A stretch of DNA of 64,000 nucleotides from a bacterium (lineage in GTDB: Bacteria; UBA8248). Shown here piece by piece: positions 1-12,729 of this stretch. The notes beneath the pieces are model-generated. The model had not been told where the DNA came from and did no database searches. It was given only the letters and a program-made list of their open reading frames with translations. Made by a program: the position numbers and the translations under genes. Positions within the stretch are counted from its first letter, which is position 1; each line of letters begins with the position of its first letter. The DNA is taken from contig OZ241326.1 in assembly GCA_965199855.1 (NCBI GenBank), forward strand, positions 896,001-960,000, in the 5' to 3' direction.

Positions 1-610
1 CCTCATGAGCGTCTCGCTTCCGGGCTTCGGCGCGTCGACGGGGCCGGAGGATTTCGCCGGGCCGAGAAGCGTGGAGGCCGTCCTGGGCGCCGTTCGGCAT
101 CTGGGCGCCAGGCCGAACGTCGACAAAGCCGGCGTTTTCATCTACGGCGTCGGGCAGGGCGCTTCGACGGCGGCGCTGGCGGCCGCCGCGGGCGGGGAGG
201 CCGCGGGCCTGATTCTCGAAAACGGATTCTACGACATGGAGACAGCCTACGCGCGCTCATCGGAGAGCCGGCGCGCCAGAATCCGCGCGGCGCTCGGCGG
301 CCCGCCCGCTCAAAGGCCGGCCGCCTACCGGGAGCGCTCCGCCATTCGGGCGGCGGCCGGAATCAGGTCCCCGGTTCTTCTCCTTCACGGCCGGAAGGCG
401 CCCTATCCCCTCGGCGGCGCCGAGGCTTTTCTGAAAGCGCTGAGGGCGGGCGGCGGAAGCGCGGAACTCCGGCGGGTGGACAAGCCGGGCCCCTTTGCGT
501 CTCCCGGAAGCCCGAACATCGGGAAGCGGGTCATCCCCTACGCCAGGAGAATATACGAGGCGCGCCGGAGCGTCTCCGGCGATCGAAAGCCCGGGTCCGG
601 TCGGCGATAG
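1..610 (+). CDS. alpha/beta hydrolase-fold protein (S9 peptidase-like), 5'-partial, catalytic residues appear absent
   Basis: SVSLPGFGAS, IYGVGQGA at the nucleophile elbow, SPVLLLHG; the ORF likely begins before the window. Confidence 0.6.
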   Translation, partial: LMSVSLPGFGASTGPEDFAGPRSVEAVLGAVRHLGARPNVDKAGVFIYGVGQGASTAALAAAAGGEAAGLILENGFYDMETAYARSSESRRARIRAALGGPPAQRPAAYRERSAIRAAAGIRSPVLLLHGRKAPYPLGGAEAFLKALRAGGGSAELRRVDKPGPFASPGSPNIGKRVIPYARRIYEARRSVSGDRKPGSGRR

Positions 611-633
611 CGCCCGGTTCGCCGGGACGCGCT

Positions 634-1776
634 CTATGGCGCCCTCTCCCGGGACTCGATTCTCGCCAGCCGCTCCGCAACCGGCGGATGCGAATGAAAG
701 AGCGCGACCACCCAGCGGGGCGGCGCGGGGTCGGTCAGGTTCCGCTCGCACAGCCTGGCGAGGGCGGAGGCCAGGCCGCCGCCCGTCCCCGCGCGGAGGG
801 CGGCCCAGCGGTCGCACCGATGCTCGAGGGCGCGGGAGATCGCCAGAAGCAAGGGCGAGGCCGCCGCCCCCGCGCAGGTCAGGACGACCCAGACGACCAC
901 GAGGCCGGCGGGCGCGCCCGGCCGCGCGAGAGCGGGGCTTCCCCACGCGCCCGGCCAGCCCAGCGCCTCGTGGGAGAGGCAGAGGCCCAGCGCCAGCGCC
1001 GCGCTCCTCATCGCCAGAAGGGCCGCGATGTGCCGGCCCGCGTGATGCGCGACCTCATGCGCCAGGACGGCCTCGATTTCATCGTGGGGAAAGCCGAGCA
1101 GGGTATCCGAGAGAATCACGCGCCGGGAGGGCCCCCAGCCGACCAGGGCGGCGTTCGCCGTCCGGCTTTTGGAGCTCATCTCCATCTCCCAGACGCCGCC
1201 GCGCACCCTCGCCTTCGTTCTATCCAGCAGGCCGAGGAGCCGCTCCCTGAGCTCCCCGTCCGCCAGGGGCCTGAAGCGAAAAAAAAGGGGCGCGAGCAGA
1301 ACGGGGGCGATCAGGGAGAGGAAAGCCAGCAGCAGCGCCCCGGCCAGCGCCGCCATCCACCACCAATCCTCCGGCCGCGCCGCCATGAGCACAAGGCAGC
1401 CGCCGCTGGCCCCGCCGCCGAAAAGGAGCAGAAGCGCCAGGCCCTTGCATCTGTCCCGCAGCCAGCCGGCCGCCGATTCGTTCGAGAGTCCCTCCCGGCG
1501 GGCGAGGACGCGGCTTCCGTAGAAGTCGGAAGGCAGGGAGACCAGCGCCTTCGAGACGGCGATGAGGGAGAACGCGGCGAACCCGCTCCAGAACGCGCCG
1601 CCCGACGCGCTTCCGGCGTCCGCCCGCAAATGCCAGAGCAAAAACAGCAGCAGGACGCCGAACTCCAGCGTCGAGGACAGCAGGCCCCAGAGCAGGCGCC
1701 GCGTCTGATACGCCCGCGCGCGCCTCAGAAAATCCTCCTCGAAAATCGGAAGCCCGGCGGGGCTCGGTGCGTCCAT
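634..1776 (-). CDS. M48 (Ste24-like) membrane zinc metallopeptidase
   Basis: HEVAH zincin motif, ANAALVGWG, EHRCD, HSHPP; multiple TM segments; ATG at 1776 chosen. Confidence 0.9.
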   Translation of the reverse strand: MDAPSPAGLPIFEEDFLRRARAYQTRRLLWGLLSSTLEFGVLLLFLLWHLRADAGSASGGAFWSGFAAFSLIAVSKALVSLPSDFYGSRVLARREGLSNESAAGWLRDRCKGLALLLLFGGGASGGCLVLMAARPEDWWWMAALAGALLLAFLSLIAPVLLAPLFFRFRPLADGELRERLLGLLDRTKARVRGGVWEMEMSSKSRTANAALVGWGPSRRVILSDTLLGFPHDEIEAVLAHEVAHHAGRHIAALLAMRSAALALGLCLSHEALGWPGAWGSPALARPGAPAGLVVVWVVLTCAGAAASPLLLAISRALEHRCDRWAALRAGTGGGLASALARLCERNLTDPAPPRWVVALFHSHPPVAERLARIESRERAP

Positions 1777-1940
1777 TCGCGTCTCCGGGCGCGGGTTTCG
1801 GAAGCCGAAAAGGGCGAGGCGATAATTTGGCAAATCGCCCGCGATTGTGCAAATATGCTTCCCGGAAGCCCGAGCCGAAGAAGCCGGGCGCGCGAAGCCC
1901 GCCCCCCGGAGGCGCGCCTGAAGCCCAGGAGATTTCGCCC

Positions 1941-2975
1941 GTGTCCCGCCGCCTCATCGACTTCAGAAGCGACACCGCGACGCGCCCCACGCCCGCGATG
2001 CGCGAGGCCATGGCCGGGGCGCGGGTGGGCGACGACGCAATCGGGGAAGACCCGAGCGTCAACGAGCTCACCCGCAAGGCGGCCGCCCTCTTCGGCAAGG
2101 AGGACGCCCTCTTCGCGCCGTCCGGCACGATGGCCAACCAGCTGGCCATCAAGGCGCACACGAACCCCGGCGAGGAGATCATCGCCGATTCGCACTGCCA
2201 TCCCTTCAGAAGCGAGCTGGGCGCGGGCGCCTTCCTCTCCGGAGTGCAATTCGCCCTCGTCCCCGCTCGCCGCGGCGTCTATGGCCGCGGCGAGGCCGAG
2301 GCGTGGCTGCGGCCCGAAGGAGGGCATCCCAGAAGCGCGCTCCTCTGGGTGGAGAACACGCACAACCAGGGCGGGGGCAGCGTATTTCCCCTCGATCGCC
2401 TCGACGAGCTGCGCGCCTTTTCGAAGGAGCGGGGCGTCCCCCTGCACATGGACGGGGCGCGCATCTTCAACGCCGTCGTCGCCTCGGGCGTTCCCCCGCG
2501 GGAGTGGGGGAGGCGCTGCGATTCGATGTGCTTCTGCCTCTCCAAGGGGCTGGGCTGCCCCGTGGGTTCTCTCCTGCTCGGGGAGGAGGCGTTCATCCGG
2601 GAGGCGCGCCGGTATCGGAAAATGTGGGGCGGCGGCTGGCGGCAGGCGGGCGTTCTGGCCGCGGCGGGAATCTACGCCCTGGATCGCCACGTGGAGCGTC
2701 TGGCGGAGGATCACGCCAACGCCCGGCTCTTCTCCGAGCTCACCGCCGGCATTCCGGGGGTTCGGCCGGTCCATGACACGACGCCCACCAACCTCGTGTT
2801 CCTGGACGTTTCGGAAACCGGAAGGACGGCGCGCCGGATCAGCGAGGCGGCGATGGAGCGCGGCGTCGCCTTCTCGGTTCCGAACGAGAGGACGCTTCGC
2901 GCCGTCGCCCATCTGGACGTATCGAGAGAAGACGCGCGGACGGCGGCCCGGGTATTGGCGGAAGCGGCGAAGTGA
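1941..2975 (+). CDS. ltaE: low-specificity L-threonine aldolase
   Basis: IDFRSDT, SGTMAN, LHMDGARIFNA, CLSKGLG PLP-lysine motif; GTG start after CAGGAG. Confidence 0.9.
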   Translation: MSRRLIDFRSDTATRPTPAMREAMAGARVGDDAIGEDPSVNELTRKAAALFGKEDALFAPSGTMANQLAIKAHTNPGEEIIADSHCHPFRSELGAGAFLSGVQFALVPARRGVYGRGEAEAWLRPEGGHPRSALLWVENTHNQGGGSVFPLDRLDELRAFSKERGVPLHMDGARIFNAVVASGVPPREWGRRCDSMCFCLSKGLGCPVGSLLLGEEAFIREARRYRKMWGGGWRQAGVLAAAGIYALDRHVERLAEDHANARLFSELTAGIPGVRPVHDTTPTNLVFLDVSETGRTARRISEAAMERGVAFSVPNERTLRAVAHLDVSREDARTAARVLAEAAK

Positions 2976-3763
2976 GCGCGCCCGCGCGGGTCACCGTCCT
3001 CGGCTGCGGAACCTCCACGGGCGTCCCCACCATCGGGTGCGAGAGTCCCGCCTGCCTTTCGGACGATCCCAGAAACAAGCGGCTGCGCCCGAGCATCCTC
3101 ATCGAGCGCGCGGGGCGAAACCTGCTGGTGGACACGGGCCCCGACCTGCGGGCGCAGGCGCTCGCGCACCGCGTCACCCGCGTGGACGCCGTGGTCTATA
3201 CCCACTTTCACGCGGATCACACCCACGGCATCGACGATCTGCGAACCTTCAACTTCCTGATGGGAAAGCCGATTCCCTGCTACGCCTACCCGAACACGGC
3301 GCGGATTCTCCGCCGGAACTTCAGCTACATCTTCGGCGGCGCGCGGGACGAGAGCGGCGAGGGCGGCTTCAGACCGCAGCTCACGGTGGAGGAGGTGGAC
3401 GGCGGCTCGTTCCGGGCGGCGGAGATCGACGTCGTCCCCTTCGAGCTCGAGCACGCCGGCATGAAGGTGATGGGGCTGCGGGTGGGCGACTTCGCCTACG
3501 CCACGGACTGCAACGCCATCCCGGAAGAATCCATGGGCATTCTGGCGGGGGTGCGCGTCCTCATCCTCGACGCCCTGCGCCACCGGGAGCACCCCTCCCA
3601 CTTCACGGTCGCCCAGGCGCTGGAAGTCGTCGAGGCGCTCAAGCCCGAGCGGACGTATTTCACCCACACCAACTACGAGCTGGAATACCACGAAACCAAC
3701 CGGAGCCTGCCCGGCGGCGTGGAGCTCGCCTACGACGGGCTGCGCTTCGAGATATTCCCGTAA
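2972..3763 (+). CDS. MBL-fold metallo-hydrolase (PhnP/YycJ-like)
   Basis: LGCGTSTGVP, THFHADHTHGIDD motif; GTGA overlap with ltaE. Confidence 0.9.
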   Translation: MSAPARVTVLGCGTSTGVPTIGCESPACLSDDPRNKRLRPSILIERAGRNLLVDTGPDLRAQALAHRVTRVDAVVYTHFHADHTHGIDDLRTFNFLMGKPIPCYAYPNTARILRRNFSYIFGGARDESGEGGFRPQLTVEEVDGGSFRAAEIDVVPFELEHAGMKVMGLRVGDFAYATDCNAIPEESMGILAGVRVLILDALRHREHPSHFTVAQALEVVEALKPERTYFTHTNYELEYHETNRSLPGGVELAYDGLRFEIFP

Positions 3764-3770
3764 GGGGGGG

Positions 3771-4586
3771 CTAGGCGCCGCCCGCGTCGTCCGGGGCTTC
3801 CTCCGATCCGTTCGCGCTCGCCCCTTGGCAAAGGTCCGAGAACAGGAGATACCCCGCCAGATAGTACGAGATCGAGGTCACCATCACGCCCGTCTGCAGC
3901 AGCACCTGGCCCAGGAGCCCGCCGCCGAAGATTCCCTGCGTCAACTGCCACAGAATGAACCAGACCAGAAGATAGGTCATCGCCAGGGCGACGACGGCTC
4001 TCTCTCCGCCGCCCGAAATCGCGCCGGCGCGGCGGAAGGCCCCTGCGAAGCCGTCCCCGTAGAGCAGCGCGGTGAGCGTGCAGAAGTAATACCGCACGGC
4101 GGGGGCGAGAACGAGAAAGGCCGTTATGGCGAAGGCGAAGGGGAGCGCGATGGGCGAATCCCCGAACAGAGAGCCGAAGAGAAACAGGGTGGACGCGAAC
4201 CCGACGACGCTCAGCAGCTGGAGGCCGAAGGTGTAGGCGAGGTCCACCCCGGCGACGGACGCGAGGCGATTCATCGCCGAGGCGACGTCCCAGACGCCGC
4301 CCTCGCCCTTGCGCTCGGACTCCACCCGCAGAATCAGGAGGATGAACAGAAACACCTGCAGCACGCGCAGGAGCAGCTGGGAGGCGATCATGAGAGGAAA
4401 CAGGAGCGCGAGGTTCGCCTTCGGGTCCATCAGCGACTTGAGCGAGGGGTGAACCGAGAGCGCCGCCATGGAGACGGGAACGTAGATCATGACGACGAAG
4501 CGGGTGATTCGCGCGAAATCCGCCGCGTGGCCGCGCACGCCGTATTCGATGTATTTCGAGAGGGGCCCGACCGCCTGGACGCTCAT
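3771..4586 (-). CDS. hypothetical multi-pass membrane protein
   Basis: C-terminal part of the 3771..5456 ORF from MSVQAVG; about 6 hydrophobic segments. Confidence 0.65.
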   Translation of the reverse strand: MSVQAVGPLSKYIEYGVRGHAADFARITRFVVMIYVPVSMAALSVHPSLKSLMDPKANLALLFPLMIASQLLLRVLQVFLFILLILRVESERKGEGGVWDVASAMNRLASVAGVDLAYTFGLQLLSVVGFASTLFLFGSLFGDSPIALPFAFAITAFLVLAPAVRYYFCTLTALLYGDGFAGAFRRAGAISGGGERAVVALAMTYLLVWFILWQLTQGIFGGGLLGQVLLQTGVMVTSISYYLAGYLLFSDLCQGASANGSEEAPDDAGGA

Positions 4587-4624
4587 AAGAATAAACCCTT
4601 GAGAAGGACGCGGCCGCGCGAGCG

Positions 4625-4654
4625 TTGACCCTCCGCCGCCGGAAGCGATACACT
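4625..4654 (+). promoter_or_regulatory. putative sigma70 promoter of mlaEDC
   Basis: TTGACC-N18-TACACT upstream of mlaE. Confidence 0.45.
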
Positions 4655-4766
4655 GGGCCCGCTTTTCCGCCGCCGCGCGAATCGCGCCGCGCCGCCCCCG
4701 GCAGCCGCCCCGCAGCCGATGACGCCCACTATACTTGCTCGCGGCGAGGAATAGAAGGCAGGCCCG

Positions 4767-5555
4767 ATGAGTTTCGCGGCAATCATCCAGGGAGGCGTCC
4801 GGGCGCTCGGCCGGCGCGCGATGGAGGCCGTCGGCGGCATGGGGAGCGCCGCGATCTTCCTGGCCGAATCCGTCCGGTGGCTCTTCGCGCCGCCCTGGCG
4901 GCTCTCGCTCCTGACGCGCCAGATCTACGTTATCGGCGCGGGTTCGCTCTCCATCGTCCTGCTGTGCGGCCTGTTCACCGGAATGGTGCTGGCGCTCCAG
5001 GGAATCTACGCCTTCAGGAAATTCGGCTCCGAGGCCTTCCTGGGCCCCGCCGTCGCCTTCAGCCTCATCCGGGAGCTGGGGCCCGTGCTCACCGCCCTCG
5101 TCGTCACCGGCAGGGCGGGCTCCGCCATGACGGCCGAAATCGGCATCATGCGGATCACCGAGCAGGTGGACGCCCTCAAGAGCATGGCCGTGAACCCCCT
5201 CCAGCGCCTCGTCTCTCCCCGGCTTCTCGCGGGCGTGATAGCATTTCCGCTGCTCACGGCGCTCTGCGACGTCATCGGCATATTCGGCGCCTACCTCGTG
5301 GGCGTGGAGCTGATGGGCATGAGCCCCGGCACTTTTTTCGGCGAAATGCGGGACAAGATCGAGATGCGCGACGTCATGGTGGGCGTCTGGAAGTCTCTCG
5401 CCTTCGGCCTGCTCGTCACCTGGGTCTGCTGCTACAAGGGGTATCACTGCGGGCACGGCGCCGAGGGGGTGGGGCGGGCGACCACCTCGGCCGTCGTCCT
5501 CTCTTCCGTCCTGATACTGGTGGGCGACTACTTCCTCACCTCGATTCTCATCTGA
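4767..5555 (+). CDS. mlaE: Mla/Ttg2 lipid transport permease
   Basis: RELGPVLTALVVTGRAGSAMTAEIGIMRITEQVDAL signature. Confidence 0.95.
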   Translation: MSFAAIIQGGVRALGRRAMEAVGGMGSAAIFLAESVRWLFAPPWRLSLLTRQIYVIGAGSLSIVLLCGLFTGMVLALQGIYAFRKFGSEAFLGPAVAFSLIRELGPVLTALVVTGRAGSAMTAEIGIMRITEQVDALKSMAVNPLQRLVSPRLLAGVIAFPLLTALCDVIGIFGAYLVGVELMGMSPGTFFGEMRDKIEMRDVMVGVWKSLAFGLLVTWVCCYKGYHCGHGAEGVGRATTSAVVLSSVLILVGDYFLTSILI

Positions 5556-5570
5556 AGAAGGAACGGAGCC

Positions 5571-6014
5571 TTGTCCCGGAAAAACGTGGAAATCGGCGTC
5601 GGCGCGTTCGTTCTGGCGGGCGTCCTCGCCCTCGCCTATCTCTCCATCCAGCTCGGCGGCCTCGACATTTTCGACGCCGGCACCTACGAGGTCTCGGCGA
5701 AGTTCACGAACGCGACGGGCCTGAGGCGGGGCGCGCCGGTGGAGATGGCGGGCGTGCGCGTCGGGCGGGTGAGCGGCATCGCCCTCGACGGGGAGGACGC
5801 GAGGCTCACGCTGCGCCTCGATGAAAGCCTCCGCCTCTCCCGCGACTCCATCGCCTCCATCCGGACGAAGGGAATACTGGGGGACAAATACGTCAGCCTC
5901 AGCCAGGGGGGCGCGGAGAAGATCATCCCCCCGGGCGGACGGATTCGGGAGACGGAGCCCCCGATTGACATTGAAAAGCTCATCGGCGAATTTGTATTCG
6001 GCAAGGTGAAGTGA
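5571..6014 (+). CDS. mlaD: MCE-domain protein
   Basis: N-terminal TM, GLRRGAPVEMAGVRVGRV, TKGILGDKYVSL. Confidence 0.95.
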   Translation: MSRKNVEIGVGAFVLAGVLALAYLSIQLGGLDIFDAGTYEVSAKFTNATGLRRGAPVEMAGVRVGRVSGIALDGEDARLTLRLDESLRLSRDSIASIRTKGILGDKYVSLSQGGAEKIIPPGGRIRETEPPIDIEKLIGEFVFGKVK

Positions 6015-6091
6015 AGCCCCGCCCCGAAAGGATCGGCGCGAAGCGGCGGCCCGCCGCCCTTCCGTCCGCGAGAGCCGCGCAGGGAGACCCC

Positions 6092-6697
6092 ATGCTTTCG
6101 AGAAAGCGCCTCTCCCTCCTTCTCGCCCCGCTTCTCGCCGGCGCGCTCATGGCGCCGCCCGCCGGCGCGGGAGAGCCGACGGAGATACTGCGCGCGGGGA
6201 CAAGCGGCGTCCTGGAGATTCTCCGGGACCCCGACCTCAAGGCTCCCGAGAAGAAAGCGGAGCGCAGAAGCCGCATCCGCGGGATCATTCATCGGTATTT
6301 CGACTTCGAGGCGATGTCGCGGCGAAGCCTGGCGAGGAGCTGGCGAAAGCGCTCGCCGGAGGAGAAGCGCGAATTCGTCCGGCTTTTCAGCCGTCTCATG
6401 GAGCGCAACTACGCCGACAAGCTGGAAAGCTACACGGACGAGAAGATCGTCTTCGGCAAGGAGACGCTCGACGAGGAATTCGCCAGGGTCGAGTCGAAGG
6501 TGATTCTCACGGACGAGCGGGAAGTCTCCATCGCCTACCGAATGCACAGGGTGGAGGGCGAATGGCGCGTCTATGACGTCCTGGTGGAGGGCATCAGCTT
6601 CCTCAAGAACTACCGCGAGCAGTTCCGCTCCGTCATCCGGAGAACCTCCTACGCCAACCTCGTGAAGATGCTCCGGGCCAGGCGAGACGGGGACTAG
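6092..6697 (+). CDS. mlaC: periplasmic phospholipid-binding protein
   Basis: signal peptide, FDFEAMSRRSL, WRVYDVLVEGISFLKNYREQF. Confidence 0.9.
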   Translation: MLSRKRLSLLLAPLLAGALMAPPAGAGEPTEILRAGTSGVLEILRDPDLKAPEKKAERRSRIRGIIHRYFDFEAMSRRSLARSWRKRSPEEKREFVRLFSRLMERNYADKLESYTDEKIVFGKETLDEEFARVESKVILTDEREVSIAYRMHRVEGEWRVYDVLVEGISFLKNYREQFRSVIRRTSYANLVKMLRARRDGD

Positions 6698-7019
6698 AAG
6701 GATCGCCCGCGGCGGGCGGGCGGGCCGGCGCGGGAGGAAGCGGGTATCTGCGGCCCACTTCCGCGTGATCGCGAAGCCCCATCGCCTCCCTCTGCGCGAT
6801 GAGGAAATAGCGCCAGCGCTCCGCTTCGTCCATCGCGCGGTGGAGCGCGCCTTCGAGCCTTTCCCGGCTCTCGCCATCCTGCCCCTTCTCCCGGGCGCGC
6901 CACGCGCTCCACGCCCTTTGACGGCGCTTCTCGAACTCGCTCCCGACGCGGCCCAGCGAGGCGGCCTTCTCCCCGGCTATCTCGCGCTCCACCGCCAGGG
7001 GCCTGAAGTTTCCGCTCAC
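6633..7019 (-). CDS. small hypothetical protein (DUF6665-like)
   Basis: GTG at 7019 overlaps the MFS stop codon; EREIAGEKAASLGR...FLIAQREAMGLRDH resembles DUF6665 as recalled. Confidence 0.55.
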   Translation of the reverse strand: MSGNFRPLAVEREIAGEKAASLGRVGSEFEKRRQRAWSAWRAREKGQDGESRERLEGALHRAMDEAERWRYFLIAQREAMGLRDHAEVGRRYPLPPAPARPPAAGDPSSPRLAWPGASSRGWRRRFSG

Positions 7020-8209
7020 GGCGCCTGTCCCGTCTCCCTGGGCAGCCGCAGGGAGAGGAGGGAGCCGGCGGTGCCGAACGCCATGCAGACGGCGGGCAGC
7101 GCCCTCTCCACGCCGATATGGTCGGCCAGGCCGCCCACGGCGATCATCCCGACGCTCGCGGCGAACCAGACCACGCCCAGCATGAAGCTGCTCACCAGGG
7201 CGGCGTGCCGGGGGGCGATTTCCTGCGCATACGTCACCGAAACCCCCATTTGCGCGTAGAAGGCGGCGCCCGAGAGCGTCACGAACAGCGTCCGCCAGGG
7301 GTCGTCGAACAGAAAGGCCATGCCCAGCGCCGGCGTGCCCAGGCAGATGGCCGCTATCGTCACCACCCGCCTGCCGAAGACGTCGGAGAGATGCCCGCCG
7401 TAGATGCCGCCCGCGGCCGCGGCGAACAGGAACAGGGTGATCGCCGTTCCGCCCGCGGCCAGCGAGCCGCCCTTGGCGATGACGTAGATGGGCAGGAACA
7501 CCTGCACGGTCATCGTCACCGTGGTGCGGCACAGGTTCACGAGCCACAGCAGGAAAAGCGGGCGGAACACGAACCCGAGCGTCCGCATCGTCCGCGCGAA
7601 GCCTTGCGGGGCGCCGCCTCCGTCCGCGCCCCTGACGGGCGGGGAGACGAAAAGCAGGGGCGCGCCGACGAGGATGCCGACGAGGCTGGCGTAGGGGATG
7701 GCGTCGATGCCCCAGCGCGTGACGATGAACGTGGCCATCCCCGCTCCCAGCCCCACGCCCAGGCGTCCGCCCGCGACGTAGAGCGACATGCCGAACCCTT
7801 TTCGCGCGCCCGAGGACTGCCCGGCGATGACCGAGGCCACCGGGTGATAGCAGGCCGAGCCCGAGCCCGCGACCAGCATGAGAAGCATGAGGAGCCAGAA
7901 GTTCGGCATGTAGAGCATGAACGCGAGGAGGGCGCCTCCCAGCGGGCCGAGCGCCAGAAGCCACCCTTTCCTGAGCCTGTCCGCGAAGTAGCCGAAGAGG
8001 GGCTGGCCCACGGCGCCGGTGACGGAAAGCGTGGTGGCGAGAAGCCCCGCCAGGCTCAGGGGCAGGTCCATGCGCTGGACGATGAGGGGAAGCAGCGGCG
8101 GGAGAAAGCCGAAATAGCTGTCGTTCGCGACGTGGGAGACGATGAGCAGGGAGATTCTTCTTTTCTTCAGGCGTTCCGGCGCCGCGCCGGCCGCGGCCGC
8201 ATCGCTCAA
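7016..8209 (-). CDS. MFS transporter (Fsr-like)
   Basis: HVANDSY, QPLFGYFADR, YHP, GGHLSDVFGRR; about 12 TM. Confidence 0.9.
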   Translation of the reverse strand: MSDAAAAGAAPERLKKRRISLLIVSHVANDSYFGFLPPLLPLIVQRMDLPLSLAGLLATTLSVTGAVGQPLFGYFADRLRKGWLLALGPLGGALLAFMLYMPNFWLLMLLMLVAGSGSACYHPVASVIAGQSSGARKGFGMSLYVAGGRLGVGLGAGMATFIVTRWGIDAIPYASLVGILVGAPLLFVSPPVRGADGGGAPQGFARTMRTLGFVFRPLFLLWLVNLCRTTVTMTVQVFLPIYVIAKGGSLAAGGTAITLFLFAAAAGGIYGGHLSDVFGRRVVTIAAICLGTPALGMAFLFDDPWRTLFVTLSGAAFYAQMGVSVTYAQEIAPRHAALVSSFMLGVVWFAASVGMIAVGGLADHIGVERALPAVCMAFGTAGSLLSLRLPRETGQAP

Positions 8210-8270
8210 GACGTTCTCCGAAAAGACGAATGCTCCGGCGGGTCCGCGCGAGGCGGGCGCGGAGGCGCCC

Positions 8271-10916
<2,646 letters not shown>

Positions 10917-10982
10917 GCGGGATTTCTCCAAATGGCGCCCCGCGCTCCCCGGAATTCCGGGCGGGACGAAGCGGGAGCCGCC

Positions 10983-12614
10983 TCAGACGAAGGCGCTTTC
11001 CCGATGCAGGCCGAACGCCTCGCGCAGGGCGTCCGCGATTTCCCCGACCGTGGCCTTCGCCTTCACCGCCGCGACGATGTAGGGCACGAGGTTCTCCGGC
11101 CCCCGGGCCGCCCCCCGCAGGGATTCCAGCGCCTCGCTCGCGCGGGCGGCGTCCCGTCTTCTTCTGAGCGAGGCGACGCGCTCCTTCTGCTCCGCCTCGA
11201 CCTCCGGGCGAATCCGGAGCGTCGAGACGCGCGGCTCCTCTTCCCTTTGATGGCGGTTCACGCCGACGACGGCCACCTCCCCCGCGTCCACGAGGCGCTG
11301 GTAGGCGTAGGCGCTCTCCTGAATCCGGCGCTGCGCCCATCCGCTCTCGATGGCGCGGAGCATCCCTCCCATGTCGTCGATCTCGCGAATCATATCCTCC
11401 GCCCGGGAGGCGACCTCGGAGGTGAGCGCCTCGATGGCGTAGGCGCCGCCGCAGGGGTCCGCCACGCTCGCCGCGTTCGACTCCTCGGCCAGTATCTGCT
11501 GGGTTCTGAGCGCGAGCCGCGCCGCCTCCTCCGTGGGCAGGGAGAGGGCCTCGTCCATGGAATTCGTGTGAAGCGACTGCGCGCCCCCCAGCACGGCGGC
11601 CATCGCCTGAAGCGCGACGCGGACGACGTTGTTCCTCGGCTGCTGGGCGGTCAGCGCGCTGCCGGCCGTCTGGGCGTGGAACCGCAGCGCGCAGGCCTTC
11701 CCGGAGCGCGCCCCGAACCGCTCGCGCATGATTCGCGCCCAAAGCCTTCGCGCGGCGCGGAACTTGGCGATCTCCTCCAGAAAATGATTGTGCACGTTGA
11801 AGAAGAAGGAGATTTGCGAGCCGATTTCATCCACGTTCATGCCGGCGTCCACGACGGCCTGCACGTAGGCGACGGCGTTCGCGAGCGTGAAGGCGACCTC
11901 CTGGACGGCCGTGGCCCCCGCCTCCCGGATGTGGTAGCCGCTGATGGATATGGCGTTCCACTTCGGCGCCCTCTCCCTGCAGAACGCTATGGCGTCGGTG
12001 ATGAGGCGCAGGCTCGGCCCCGGCGGGTAGATGTAGGTTCCGCGCGAGATGTATTCCTTCAGGATGTCGTTCTGGATGGTTCCCCGGAGCGCCTCGGAGG
12101 GGACGCCGCGCCTCTCGGCCGCCGCGACGTAAAGCGCCAGCAGGATGGCGGCGGTGGCGTTGATGGTCATCGACGTGGAGATTTTGTCGAGGGGGACGCC
12201 CTCCAGCAGAACCTCCATGTCCTCGATGGAGGCGATGGACACCCCCACGCGGCCCACCTCGCCGCTCACGAGAGGGTGATCCGGGTCGTAGCCGATCTGG
12301 GTGGGCAGATCGAACGCCACGGAAATGCCCATCTGCCCCTGCTCGAGGAGGTAGCGGTAGCGCTCGTTGCTCTCCCTCGCGCTGCCGAAGCCGGCGTATT
12401 GACGCATCGTCCAGAGCCTGCCGCGATACATGCTCTCGTAGATGCCGCGCGTGTAGGGATATTCGCCCGGCCTCTCGTCGAGACACCCCGAATCCGCATC
12501 GCCGGGGCCGAAGAACGCGGGCAGGGGGATGCCCGAGAGGGTGGCTCTGCCTCCCTCCTCCTCCGCGTCCTCGCGCCAGGCGCTCCGCGCCGCGGCGATG
12601 CTCGGCTCGCCCAT
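10983..12614 (-). CDS. methylmalonyl-CoA mutase, large (substrate-binding) subunit
   Basis: [38 protein letters not shown]; Tyr/Arg specificity residues of MCM; no B12-binding domain. Confidence 0.9.
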   Translation of the reverse strand: MGEPSIAAARSAWREDAEEEGGRATLSGIPLPAFFGPGDADSGCLDERPGEYPYTRGIYESMYRGRLWTMRQYAGFGSARESNERYRYLLEQGQMGISVAFDLPTQIGYDPDHPLVSGEVGRVGVSIASIEDMEVLLEGVPLDKISTSMTINATAAILLALYVAAAERRGVPSEALRGTIQNDILKEYISRGTYIYPPGPSLRLITDAIAFCRERAPKWNAISISGYHIREAGATAVQEVAFTLANAVAYVQAVVDAGMNVDEIGSQISFFFNVHNHFLEEIAKFRAARRLWARIMRERFGARSGKACALRFHAQTAGSALTAQQPRNNVVRVALQAMAAVLGGAQSLHTNSMDEALSLPTEEAARLALRTQQILAEESNAASVADPCGGAYAIEALTSEVASRAEDMIREIDDMGGMLRAIESGWAQRRIQESAYAYQRLVDAGEVAVVGVNRHQREEEPRVSTLRIRPEVEAEQKERVASLRRRRDAARASEALESLRGAARGPENLVPYIVAAVKAKATVGEIADALREAFGLHRESAFV

Positions 12615-12729
12615 CGTGAGAGTCTCCGCAGGAACGAACGATTCCCTTGTTTCCGGTCGGGCCAAAATACCACACTCGCCCCCCATCAGACCAGTCCGAG
12701 GGGGGCTTCCGGCGCCTGGCGATTCAGAC

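Noticed and set aside
1279-1286. A8 tract inside the M48 peptidase gene
   Set aside because: It encodes Leu-Phe-Phe in a conserved stretch, the frame is intact and the tract is short.
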